Assembly: GCA_963706025.1 (NCBI GenBank) | Contig: CAVPLM010000003.1 | Coordinates: 1 to 64,000 of the forward strand | Length of the DNA: 64,000 bases | Direction of reading: 5' to 3' | DNA from: an uncultured Actinomycetes bacterium | GTDB lineage: Bacteria; Actinomycetota; Thermoleophilia; RBG-16-64-13 | In this document: positions 30,133 through 39,486 of the stretch, in pieces | Numbering within the stretch: the first letter of the stretch is position 1 | Layout of the letters: each line of letters opens with the position of its first letter | Made by a program: the position numbers and the translations under genes | Notes under the pieces: model-generated | The model's database searches: none | Told to the model about the DNA's origin: nothing | Seen by the model: only the letters and a program-made list of their open reading frames with translations

Positions 30133-31268
30133 GTCTCTTCGCCTTCCTCGCTTTCCGTGCCCGCGGTCTCAGCCGGACCGTCGGGCGCTTCCTCCGCCGG
30201 CGCCGGCGCGGCGGCCGGCGCTCCCATCTGATGGCCGCAGCTGGGGCAGAACTTCGAGCCGGCCGGAAGCGTGGCGCTGCACTCGGGACAGGTCACCGTG
30301 GCCGAGAGGTTGGTCCCGCACTCGGGGCAGAACTTGCTGCCGAAGGGGATGTCACTGCGACAATTCGGGCAGCGCACCTTGGGTTGCGCCCCGCCGGCCA
30401 TGGCCTGCTGAAGCATACCCGGGATCATCATTCCCAGGCCGGCGCCGGTGCCCAGTCCCAGACCGGCCGCAGCGGCCGTGCCCACGGTACTGTCGCCTCC
30501 TCCACCGCCGCCACCCCCCTTGGCCAGGTCGCCGATGGCCTGCGCAGCCTTGTACTGGAAGTAGCGGTCCATGCCGCCCACGGCCTCCATGCCGGAGCGC
30601 TCGTCGATGCGTTTCTGCACCTCTTCGGGCGGCGAGATGGCGTTGATCAGGAAGTCCACCATCGCCAGGCCGTACTGGGCGAAGTCATCTTTGATCCGGG
30701 CCTTGAGGCCGGCACCTAGTTCGTCGAAGTAGCGGGGCAGGTCGAGCACCGAGTCCAAGCTCTCGCCCAGGATGTCCGCCAGCCGTCCTATGATCACGCC
30801 CCGGAGGAAGTCCTCGATCTGGAAGTTGGTGAAGATGCCCCGCGTGCCCACGATCTTCACCACGAACAGCTTCGGATCGGTGATCTGGAAGGTGTAGATG
30901 CCGTTGGAGCGCAGCCGGATCATCTTGAACTCGGAGTCGCGGAACAAGATGGGCTCGGTCGTGCCCCACTTGAGATCGGTGAACGTCCGCTGGCTGACGA
31001 AGAACACCTCACAGCGGAAAGGAGTGTCGCCGAACAGAGGTGTGGTGAGGACGGCGGTAAGGAGGGGGATGTTCTGCGTGGCCAGGGTGTGCCGACCCGC
31101 TCCGAAGACATCGTAGGCCTTGCCGTCGCGGAAGAACACCGCCCACTGGTTCTCCCGCACGATCAGCTGAGAGCCCACCTTGAACTCGCCCGAGCCCCGC
31201 TCGGGGATGCGGTGCACCATCTCGGCGCCTTGTTCGTCGACGAATTCGATAAGGTCCATGAGGGCCAT
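30129..31268 (-). CDS. SPFH (band 7) domain protein with double zinc ribbon (YdjI-like)
   Basis: GSQLIVRENQ.AVF..DG, GRHTL.T.NIP, KWGT; C-terminal CPNC/CPEC/CPEC/CPSC. Confidence 0.9.
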   Translation of the reverse strand: MALMDLIEFVDEQGAEMVHRIPERGSGEFKVGSQLIVRENQWAVFFRDGKAYDVFGAGRHTLATQNIPLLTAVLTTPLFGDTPFRCEVFFVSQRTFTDLKWGTTEPILFRDSEFKMIRLRSNGIYTFQITDPKLFVVKIVGTRGIFTNFQIEDFLRGVIIGRLADILGESLDSVLDLPRYFDELGAGLKARIKDDFAQYGLAMVDFLINAISPPEEVQKRIDERSGMEAVGGMDRYFQYKAAQAIGDLAKGGGGGGGGDSTVGTAAAAGLGLGTGAGLGMMIPGMLQQAMAGGAQPKVRCPNCRSDIPFGSKFCPECGTNLSATVTCPECSATLPAGSKFCPSCGHQMGAPAAAPAPAEEAPDGPAETAGTESEEGEET

Positions 31269-31271
31269 CGA

Positions 31272-31787
31272 TTACCTCCCTGCTCCGGTGATGAGATGTT
31301 CCCGCTCGGAGAAACGAGCGTCGAGAGCTTCGATCCGGTCGTCCAGCAACCCGATGTCGGCCCGAAGTGACGGGCTGTCGGCGGATAGTGCTTTGGCCAA
31401 CTCGTCAATCCCCCCCGCCTCGGTCTCGAGTTGCTTGTCGAATGCCTGGAGCTCCTCGAGTTTCGCCACGCCCACCTTGGTGGTGTCAAAAAGGCCGGCG
31501 TAACCGTAGTCGGCGAACTGCACCCGGTCCCGCACCTTCCGTAACTTGCGGATGGCCACGTCGATCACGCCCAGCATCTCCAGATTGCCCCGGTTCACGA
31601 GTTCGAGTTTGACATCGTCCAGTCTCGTTTGGCAGGAGTCCAGACGCTCGGCCACGTACAGCCGCTCGATCTTGTCGGCCTCCCGCTTCAACTCCTTCTC
31701 TTTGTAGCCTTTGTAGCCGGGGATATGCTCGGCCATCCGCTCGAACCAGTTCTTGCTCTCCTCGATCCTCTCATCGATCCCAGCCAT
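31272..31787 (-). CDS. conserved-looking alpha-helical hypothetical protein
   Basis: IPGYKGYKEKE..READK and ADYGYAGLFD; AAGGGGAG RBS; 3 nt from the SPFH start. Confidence 0.8.
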   Translation of the reverse strand: MAGIDERIEESKNWFERMAEHIPGYKGYKEKELKREADKIERLYVAERLDSCQTRLDDVKLELVNRGNLEMLGVIDVAIRKLRKVRDRVQFADYGYAGLFDTTKVGVAKLEELQAFDKQLETEAGGIDELAKALSADSPSLRADIGLLDDRIEALDARFSEREHLITGAGR

Positions 31788-31863
31788 GGTCTCCCCTTTG
31801 TCTCGTGACCGCGCCACGGCCGTCGACCCGGCGCCCGACGTTCGCCTCTAGACTCCTCGCTTC

Positions 31864-32580
31864 CTACGCTACCAGACCGTCGAACTCGCGCAGCAGCAAT
31901 CTCCAATTGGATTCATGGATATTGCGCGGATCCCACACGGCTGGAATGAACAGAAGTTCCTCGCCGAGGGTCTCGAGCTCGTAGTCCACGGACTGTAGGT
32001 CGTGGACCTCATGCGACTCCACGGCCAGATACACGAAATGCGCCAACAGCTGGGCATCTTTTCTCCCCACCACGACAGGCGAGAACGTGCCGAAGTCCGG
32101 TCCTCCCAGTGCGTCGAGGCCCTCTCCAACGTCAGGGCCCGCGTCGGCACCCGCGTCGGCACCTGCGCCGGCATCTACGAGCGCGGGCCGCGGGCCGGCG
32201 CCCGCCGCGAGCCCCGAAGACAACTCAAGAGAGGGTTGCGCTTCGGTCAGGCTCACCCCGAGCCGCTGCACGACAGGGCGTATGAGCGAGAAAGCAGGCA
32301 CATAGAGATAGACAGACTCGGGAGCACTCGCTCGTTGGATGCGCTCCCAAGCCGAGTCGACAGCGGTGGTGACAACGACCTGCAGACGCCAGACCGCCAG
32401 GTAGTGCACGGGACCGCCCACAGCCAACTCAGTGGTCACCGCTGCGGTCAAGGGAGCGAACGAATGCAATCCGTCTCCTCGAGGTTCGTGGACCCGCCCG
32501 CAGACCGGACAGATGAAAAGGGCTGCCTCGTCACCGCCCTCCAGTGCTGAGTCGCAATGGTCGCAGAGCAGAGGGACCAA
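31864..32580 (-). CDS. zinc-ribbon hypothetical protein
   Basis: N-terminal CDHC..CPVC; starts 1 nt after the upstream stop. Confidence 0.7.
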   Translation of the reverse strand: MVPLLCDHCDSALEGGDEAALFICPVCGRVHEPRGDGLHSFAPLTAAVTTELAVGGPVHYLAVWRLQVVVTTAVDSAWERIQRASAPESVYLYVPAFSLIRPVVQRLGVSLTEAQPSLELSSGLAAGAGPRPALVDAGAGADAGADAGPDVGEGLDALGGPDFGTFSPVVVGRKDAQLLAHFVYLAVESHEVHDLQSVDYELETLGEELLFIPAVWDPRNIHESNWRLLLREFDGLVA

Positions 32581-32581
32581 G

Positions 32582-33739
32582 TCAGCTGGAGAAAGGCTCG
32601 TGGTACTCCACCTCCCTCTGCAGTCGGAACCGCCACACCAGAAGTATCGCCAGCACAGACACTATCACGGCACCGACCATCGTTGGCGCCGGTGCAGCTT
32701 CCCCGGACGAACCAAGCCACAACAGGAGGGCGGCCAAGCTCGCCAGAACCAAGACCTGCATCACCAGGACCGTCACCCGTGCCCGATTGTCAACCGGGAC
32801 CTTGGCCGAATTGACAATCCCATCCCGACCGTTGATCACGATCCGGTAGGAACGGTTCCCATCCTGATACCGCAGTAACCATAGAGGGTAGTAGAGCAGC
32901 GCGGTCGACTCCCGGAGAGCGAACACGTGGCTGTCCGGAGACTCCGCTCCGGACATGGGGAGCAGCGCGGCTTTCCTCCCCGCCTCGGCCACCTGGTCGG
33001 CCGTGCCCTCCGCGTCCAAGACAGTGGCCGACGGATCGAGCTCCCCGGCTAGGAGGGGAAGCATCAGCTCCCGCCCGGTGATCCGCGGCCGAGTGGCTCC
33101 GAGCGCCGCCAGGTCGGTGGCTGCTTCGTACAATCGTCGCTCCTGCAGACACGGCGCTTCGACCCCTTCGCGCTCCAACTTCAGGTCCAGTCGCTCGCTC
33201 TTCTCGTCGCCCACCAACTCGTATCGGGTGCGAAGCCTGTGACCGAACTCCCAGCCCGCGATCAGAGCCTTGTGCTCCCAGATCGGAGCGTAGACCAGTC
33301 GAGCCTCGGCAAGAGACGACTCGCGAGCCCGCCTGGCTATCCCGGGATGCTCTTTGAGCCAAACGGCTGCCGCAGCCATAGCCTCGAGCCGATCCACCCG
33401 GGCTGGGAAGTACCAGCGGGAGAACCCGCCATTCTCTTTCACCGCCACCCGCACTCCGCAGTGACCGCAGACAAGTACCCGCCGACCTTCTCGTGCGCTG
33501 AGGGGACCGGCGCACTGCGGGCACCGGACGGAGCGCAGCACCTGCTCGTCCGCATCTGCCGGAGGAGCAGGGGCGGCCTGGAGGGCGCCCGGCGCCCTCC
33601 AGGCCCCCCCGGGTGTCTCCCGAGTCAGAGTCGACCCACAGGAGGCGCAGACCGCCATATCGGCGTAGGCCGGCAACCGCACGGGTGCGCCGCACTGGGG
33701 GCAACTGTACTCAGTACTGATGTTGGCCGTTGCATCCAT
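32582..33739 (-). CDS. double zinc-ribbon protein with two C-terminal TM helices
   Basis: CPQC/CASC and CPQC/CGHC, LLYYPLW...VINGRDG, two hydrophobic helices. Confidence 0.8.
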   Translation of the reverse strand: MDATANISTEYSCPQCGAPVRLPAYADMAVCASCGSTLTRETPGGAWRAPGALQAAPAPPADADEQVLRSVRCPQCAGPLSAREGRRVLVCGHCGVRVAVKENGGFSRWYFPARVDRLEAMAAAAVWLKEHPGIARRARESSLAEARLVYAPIWEHKALIAGWEFGHRLRTRYELVGDEKSERLDLKLEREGVEAPCLQERRLYEAATDLAALGATRPRITGRELMLPLLAGELDPSATVLDAEGTADQVAEAGRKAALLPMSGAESPDSHVFALRESTALLYYPLWLLRYQDGNRSYRIVINGRDGIVNSAKVPVDNRARVTVLVMQVLVLASLAALLLWLGSSGEAAPAPTMVGAVIVSVLAILLVWRFRLQREVEYHEPFSS

Positions 33740-33744
33740 CGTCC

Positions 33745-33754
33745 TGCTAATCTA
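33745..33754. promoter_or_regulatory. overlapping divergent -10 elements
   Basis: Plus strand TGC-TAATCT lies 6 nt before GTG 33760. Minus strand TAGATT lies 9 nt before ATG 33739. Confidence 0.55.
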
Positions 33755-33759
33755 TCGCC

Positions 33760-34633
33760 GTGCTTGCTCCCGACCTTGAATCCCGTCGCGCCGCCCCCCG
33801 GGTGATCGCCGCCGATCTCGACGGTACCCTGCTGCCGTTGCTGCTGGACGGCACCCAGGCGCTCACTCCCCTTACCGTCAGGACAGTGAGGGCGCTCGAC
33901 CGTGCCGGCATCGGCACCATCTTGGTGACCGGCCGGATGTTCCGCTCGGCGGCCCGCTATGCCCGGGATCTGGGTCTGGACGGCCCGGTGGCCGCGTATC
34001 AGGGCGCTCTCATCCGCGAGGTGGGCACGGGCCGTCTGCTGCACCACGATCCCCTGTCCGTGGAGCTTGCCCTGGAGGTCCTCAGTCTCCTCGAGCCTCT
34101 CGGACATCCCGTGAATCTCTATATCGAGGACGAACTGTACGTGGCCAGAAGGACCGAGGAGGTCGAACGTTACGAACGCCTTTCGGGCATGAAGCCGAAC
34201 GTGGTCGGAACACTGAGCAGCTTTCTGGACCGGCCCGCCACCAAGATCGGCGTGGGCGGTGACCCCGCCGTTATCGACGAACTGCTCGCCCGCCTGCAGG
34301 CCCATTTCGGAAGACGCCTCATCGTCGTCAAGACCTGGCCGTTCTTCCTCGAGATGACCAGCCCGACGGCCACGAAGGCCCGAGCGCTTCAGATCCTGGG
34401 CGAACGCCTGGGTTTCGCTGCGCGCGACGTGCTGGCCTTCGGTGACTCCTACAACGACGCCGATATGCTCGCCTGGGCGGGTACGGGTGTGGCCATGCGG
34501 GGAGCGCCCCCGGAAGTTGTCGCCGCGGCCGATTTCGTATGCGATCCGGTCGAAGAAGACGGGTTCGCCCACTATCTCATGAGCCAGCCCTGGTTCCCGG
34601 CCAGAGGAGCCCCCGGCGGAGGAAGCTATCTAG
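33760..34633 (+). CDS. Cof-type HAD-IIB hydrolase (3' end uncertain; track ORF runs to 34866)
   Basis: DLDGTLL, VTGR, KA.AL and AFGDSYNDADML motifs. The domain ends near 34600, where the convergent gene stops. Confidence 0.9.
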
Positions 34634-35775
34634 GCATACCTCAGCACCCCGGCCACGCCTCCCAACTCCTCGAGCACCGGGATGTTCTCGCCCACCTCCA
34701 CTTGGCCGTTCTGCAGGATCGCCAGCCGCACTATCTCGCCGACGGCGTCGGCGACAGGCACCGTGCCTCCACCGCACACCGGGCAGCGCTTGGCCTCGGT
34801 GAGACCCACCCAGGTGCATTCCAGGCAACTCCAGCCGGGCGCCCTGTAGTTGCGGTCGACGAGTAGGGTCTGCACCTGGTGACGTCCCAAGGCGCCCAGC
34901 ACGTCGTCGAAGCCGGAGACGCCCCTGCCTCCACCGCCTAAGCCCTCCTTGATGCGCGCCGCCAGGTCCACCATCTCCTCGTGCCGAGCCTTCTCCACCG
35001 CCTCTCGAGCGCTCACCAGCATCTGCCCGATGGTAGCGGCCGCATCGAAGGGGATCTCGGCCACGATCTTGGCCGATACCGCAGCCGGAAGCGTGCGCCG
35101 GAAAGCGCTCGCGATGTCGTGCTGCGCGCACAGCGCCACCCGGCTCACCCCGGAGCTCTCGAGTAGCTTGGCCAGCGCGCTCCCGACTTCTTTGTAGTGC
35201 AGATCGACCAACGCGCCCTGGCGGGCCGCCGCATAGTATTCCTTGATCGATACTTCACCGCTCTCGCGATCGCTGCTCCGCAACCAGGGACCGGTAAGGT
35301 CGTCCTCTTTGGCGACCCCCCATTCATCCATCAGATACAGGCTGGACTCGTCCCGGCTCACGCGGGCCACCACAAACGGTTCGAGCAGAGAAAGAGCATG
35401 GGCCACCGGCCGCACGTACGGCGACGGTTCGATCACCAGCCGGTTGACCAGACGGAAAGGGAGTTCGATCCGCTCGTAGTAGTGGGCTCCCCCATCGACG
35501 AACAACGCCAGGCCTTGGGTCGTGGAGGTCACGTCGTACTTGAGCACATCGAGCACGTACTCCAGATCGCTTTCAAGAAGGCGCTTCCCTTCTTTGGAAG
35601 TGGCGTGCTCTTTGGTGATGCGGTTGAACTCGCTGTTGAGAAAGGTCGGGGCGAACTGGCGCCAATCATCCAGGCGACTCGTGGAGAGGGTGACGGTGAG
35701 AAATACCTCTCGAGACGCCCGCGCCCCGGCCAACCTCTTCAACTTCTCCTTGGCCACTGACGCGCTTTCGATCAT
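34630..35775 (-). CDS. bacterial archaeo-eukaryotic release factor (baeRF, eRF1/pelota-like) family protein
   Basis: GLALF, PYVRP, VQTLLV, Zn insert CLEC..CPVC, terminal LGGVAGVLRY typical of eRF1 domain 3. Confidence 0.8.
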   Translation of the reverse strand: MIESASVAKEKLKRLAGARASREVFLTVTLSTSRLDDWRQFAPTFLNSEFNRITKEHATSKEGKRLLESDLEYVLDVLKYDVTSTTQGLALFVDGGAHYYERIELPFRLVNRLVIEPSPYVRPVAHALSLLEPFVVARVSRDESSLYLMDEWGVAKEDDLTGPWLRSSDRESGEVSIKEYYAAARQGALVDLHYKEVGSALAKLLESSGVSRVALCAQHDIASAFRRTLPAAVSAKIVAEIPFDAAATIGQMLVSAREAVEKARHEEMVDLAARIKEGLGGGGRGVSGFDDVLGALGRHQVQTLLVDRNYRAPGWSCLECTWVGLTEAKRCPVCGGGTVPVADAVGEIVRLAILQNGQVEVGENIPVLEELGGVAGVLRYA

Positions 35776-36068
35776 GAGGCACCGCCTTTGCCTCGGTCCT
35801 CTGGCTCCGCCGGCTCGGACTTGCCCTGCTCAGCCGTCTCTTGCTTGGCCCGCTCTGCCGCCTGCGCGGCCTGCTGGTCGTGGAGAGCCTGCTCTCTCCG
35901 CCACCGTTCCTCCCGCTCGCGGAACTTGTCCACCAGGGCGGACTTCCCCTTGTCTCGGGTGGGATCCGCCATATTCAACGTGCCTGGATCGGAAAGCGCC
36001 GCCTCCATCTTCTGGGTGGGAGTAAGTGGGCGCTCCCTGCCGGAGCGCTCGACCTTCTTATCGGCCAT
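35772..36068 (-). CDS. small charged hypothetical protein (98 aa)
   Basis: AAAGGGG RBS; Glu/Arg/Gln-rich helix; ATGA overlap with the baeRF gene. Confidence 0.6.
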   Translation of the reverse strand: MADKKVERSGRERPLTPTQKMEAALSDPGTLNMADPTRDKGKSALVDKFREREERWRREQALHDQQAAQAAERAKQETAEQGKSEPAEPEDRGKGGAS

Positions 36069-36213
36069 CGTGTCCCCTTTCCGTGCGTAGAAAGCGCGGC
36101 CTGTGGTCGCGGGGCTGTGGTTGGTTACTACCCATAGCCGAAAGAGACCTAAACGGCGGCAGGGGGAGCGCGTCCTCCCCGCGCGAGGCCTCTCCGTGGC
36201 GAATGAAGCGCCC

Positions 36214-36253
36214 GCGGAGGACAAGGCGCGTTGCGGAGGACAAGGCGCGTTGC
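36214..36253. repeat. 19-bp tandem duplication in a divergent intergenic region
   Basis: GCGGAGGACAAGGCGCGTT twice, exact. Confidence 0.85.
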
Positions 36254-36369
36254 CATTCAAGCCGCCCCGTCCCCCGCGACCGGCGTCCGTTGATCCTGTT
36301 TGTCTTGCTACCCCGGTTGGGGATATTGTGGAAACGACAAGCCCCGAGGCGAATGGAGGAACTCTCTCC

Positions 36370-38851
36370 ATGGAAGACTTTGAGAAGCTGGGCGCGTTCT
36401 ATCTTGGCCGCGAATACGACCTCTCCACGAAAGAGATGGGTGGCCTCCTCCTGTACGACTCGAAAGATCTGGTCACTCACGGTGTGTGCGTGGGCATGAC
36501 GGGGAGCGGCAAGACAGGCCTTTGCATCGGCCTGCTGGAAGAAGCCGCCATCGACGGAGTCCCCTCGATAGTCATCGACCCGAAGGGAGACCTGGCCGAC
36601 CTGATGCTCACCTTCCCCGAGCTCCGTCCCGAGGACTTCCGCCCCTGGGTCAGCCAAGAAGAGGCGGCCAAGAAGAGCCTCTCCATCGATGATTTCGCCA
36701 CGCAGCAGGCCGAGATGTGGAAGAAGGGGCTTGCCGACTGGGGGCAGGATCCAGGCAGGATCCAACGCCTGAAAGACGCTGCCGATTTCACCATCTACAC
36801 CCCCGGCTCCAACGCCGGGCTGCCGGTGAGCATCCTCAAGTCATTTGCCGCCCCCTCGCCGGCCGTTCGGGCCGATGACGAGGCGCTCCGGGACCGCATC
36901 AACACGGCGGTGACCAGCATCCTGGGTCTGGTGGGCGTGACGGCAGATCCTATCCAGAGCCGGGAGCACATCCTGCTCTCGAGCTTGTTCTATTCGGTCT
37001 GGTCGGCCGGCCAAGACCTGGACCTTGCCGGTCTGATCCAGCAGATCCAGAAACCACCTTTCACCCGGGTGGGCGTTCTCGACCTGGATTCTTTCTATCC
37101 GGCCAAGGAACGCTTCGAGCTGGCCATGCTGCTCAACAACCTGCTTGCGGCTCCGACCTTCCAGACCTGGCTGGAGGGAGACGCGCTCGACATCGGTCAG
37201 ATGCTGTTCACCAGCGAGGGAAGACCTCGGGTCTCTATCTTCTCGATCGCACACCTCTCCGACACGGAACGCATGTTCTTCGTGTCACTGCTCTTGAACG
37301 AGGTGCTGGGTTGGGTGCGGGCGCAGCAGGGCACGGGTAGCCTGCGGGCCATCATCTACATGGACGAGATCTTCGGCTTCTTCCCTCCGGTCGCCGAACC
37401 GCCTTCCAAACGTCCCCTCTTGACCCTGCTCAAGCAGGCCCGAGCCTTCGGGGTGGGGATCCTGCTGGCCACGCAGAACCCGGTGGATCTCGACTACAAG
37501 GGCCTCGCGAACGCCGGGACGTGGTTCATCGGCCGTCTGCAGACAGAACGCGACAAGGCCCGCCTGCTCGAGGGTCTGGAGGGCGTGGCCGCGGGTTCTG
37601 AGAGCAAGTTCGACCGCCAGAAGATGGAAGAGACCCTGGCCGGCCTCGGAAAGCGCGTCTTCCTCATGTACAACGTGCACGAGGACGCCCCGGTGGTGTT
37701 CCAGACCCGTTGGGCGCTGTCTTACCTGCCCGGCCCGCTGACGCGGGCCCAGATCAAGACCCTCATGGACCCGCGCCGGCCGGTGGCGGCCCCAGCCGGC
37801 TGCGCCCCAGCCAGCAGTTCCCCAGGCCGCGCCCGGACCGGCGACGGGAGCCGGGGTACCCCCGGCGGCCGCGGCGGCCGCGGGGCCGGCCGCGACGAAC
37901 GAACCGCCGGCACTGCCTCCCGAGATCCCGCAGTTCTACTTGCCGCTTCGCGGCGCCACCCCGCCCAGCCCCGACCTGGTCTACCGGGCCGGCGTCATTA
38001 CCGCTGCCACCGTCAACTTCGTGAGCACCGGGAGTGGGGCGAGCACCTCCACCAAGATCCGACGCATCGCCTCGGCCCCCGAGAGCGCTCTGGCGCTCGA
38101 CTGGGATGCCGCTGCGGTACTCGAATCGCCCCTAGAGGATCTCGACCGGCTGCCCTATCCCGGAGCCGCTTTTGCGGAACTGCCTCCCGCCATGACCAAG
38201 CTGACCTCCTACCGCTCCTGGGAATCGGATTTCAAGGCCTGGGCCTTCCGCACGCAGGCAGCGGAGGTGTTCAAGAGTCCCGGTCTCAAGATGACTTCCA
38301 ACCCTGGGGAGACCGAAGGGGAGTTCCGAACTCGGCTCCAGCTGGCCGCTCGGGAGACACGAGACGACCTCAGCGAGAAGCTACGCCAGAAGTATGCCGC
38401 CAAGACGGCGACCCTCAAGCAGCAGGAGCTGCGCGCAGAGCAGGCGGTCGACCGGGAGGCCGAACAGTCCAAGGGCCGCAAGATGCAAACGGCCATCTCG
38501 TTCGGATCCACCATCCTGGGAGCCTTCTTGGGACGTAAGGCCCTCAGCACGAGCACTTTGGGCCGGGCCACCACGACCATGCGTGACGTGGGTCGTAGCC
38601 TCGACGAGAGCGGCGATGTCAAACGGGCCGAGGAGACACTGGTTGCAGTCAAGCAGAAGCAGGCCGACCTCGAAGCTGAGTTCCAGGCGGAACTCGATGG
38701 CCTCGAAGCCCAGATCGACCCGATGGCGGAGCCCCTGGACAAGATACTGATGCGACCGCGCAAGAGCGACATCACTGTGGATTCCCTGGGGCTCGTCTGG
38801 ATGCCCTATTGGCGAGACGTAACCGGTTCACTGACGAGCGCCTGGGGATAG
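36370..38851 (+). CDS. HerA/FtsK-superfamily ATPase with C-terminal coiled coil; frameshift(s) near 37800-37900
   Basis: Walker [15 protein letters not shown], Walker B IYMDE, KQARAFG and ATQNP. The C-terminal part is in ORF 37940-38851. GGAGG RBS. Confidence 0.85.
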
Positions 38852-38888
38852 CGCGAAAAGAGGTCCACCAGACCGTTACCGAGGAGGA

Positions 38889-39344
38889 ATGAGTATGCTC
38901 AAGGAGTTCAGGGCGTTCATCGAGCGAGGCAACCTGCTGCAGTTGGCCGTCGCGTTCATCATGGGCGTCGCCTTCGCCGCGGTGATCGTCTCGTTGGTGA
39001 ACGACATCATCATGCCGGCCATAGGCTATGCACTGGGAGGAGTGGACTTCACCAGTCTGTTCGCGGTGATAAAGGAAGGCGACCCCGCCGGGCCGTACAA
39101 CACCGTCGCTCAGGCCAAGGAAGCCGGTGCCGTCACCATCAACTACGGTATCTTCATCAACACGATCATCGTGTTCATCATCGTCGCCCTGGTCCTGTTC
39201 TTGATCGTCAAGGCCTACATGAAGACCCAGAAACCGGCCGAAGAGGCCAACAAAGACTGCCCCTTCTGCTTCACCTCCATCCCGATCGCGGCCGTGCGCT
39301 GCCCGAACTGCACCTCGGAGCTTCCTGCCGGCGTCAAGACGTGA
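38889..39344 (+). CDS. mscL: large-conductance mechanosensitive channel with C-terminal zinc ribbon
   Basis: LKEFRAFIERGNL..LAVAFIMG, SLVNDIIMP, NYG.FIN; CPFC..CPNC tail. Confidence 0.93.
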   Translation: MSMLKEFRAFIERGNLLQLAVAFIMGVAFAAVIVSLVNDIIMPAIGYALGGVDFTSLFAVIKEGDPAGPYNTVAQAKEAGAVTINYGIFINTIIVFIIVALVLFLIVKAYMKTQKPAEEANKDCPFCFTSIPIAAVRCPNCTSELPAGVKT

Positions 39345-39394
39345 CCCTGGAGACGTGACCGGCGCCGGTCGCCGGATCTGACAGCCACCACAGC

Positions 39395-39428
39395 CGGGGC
39401 GGGGCGCGGAGCGCCCCGCCCCGCTCTT
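39395..39428 (+). terminator. GC-rich hairpin after mscL
   Basis: CGGGGCGGGGCGC-GGA-GCGCCCCGCCCCG followed by CTCTT. Confidence 0.55.
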
Positions 39429-39486
39429 CCCCCGGGCCCCGGCCCGAGAGTCCGGTCGGCAGGCTGCGGCTATACTCTCCGCCACC

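Noticed and set aside
34634-34866. HAD C-terminal extension overlapping the baeRF gene by about 235 nt
   Set aside because: The extension is the antisense of the conserved baeRF C-terminus, and a TAG lies one base out of frame at 34631, so an indel is likelier.
36214-36253. 19-bp tandem duplication as an operator or iteron
   Set aside because: Only two copies, with no palindrome and no replication gene; slippage or an assembly artefact is equally likely.
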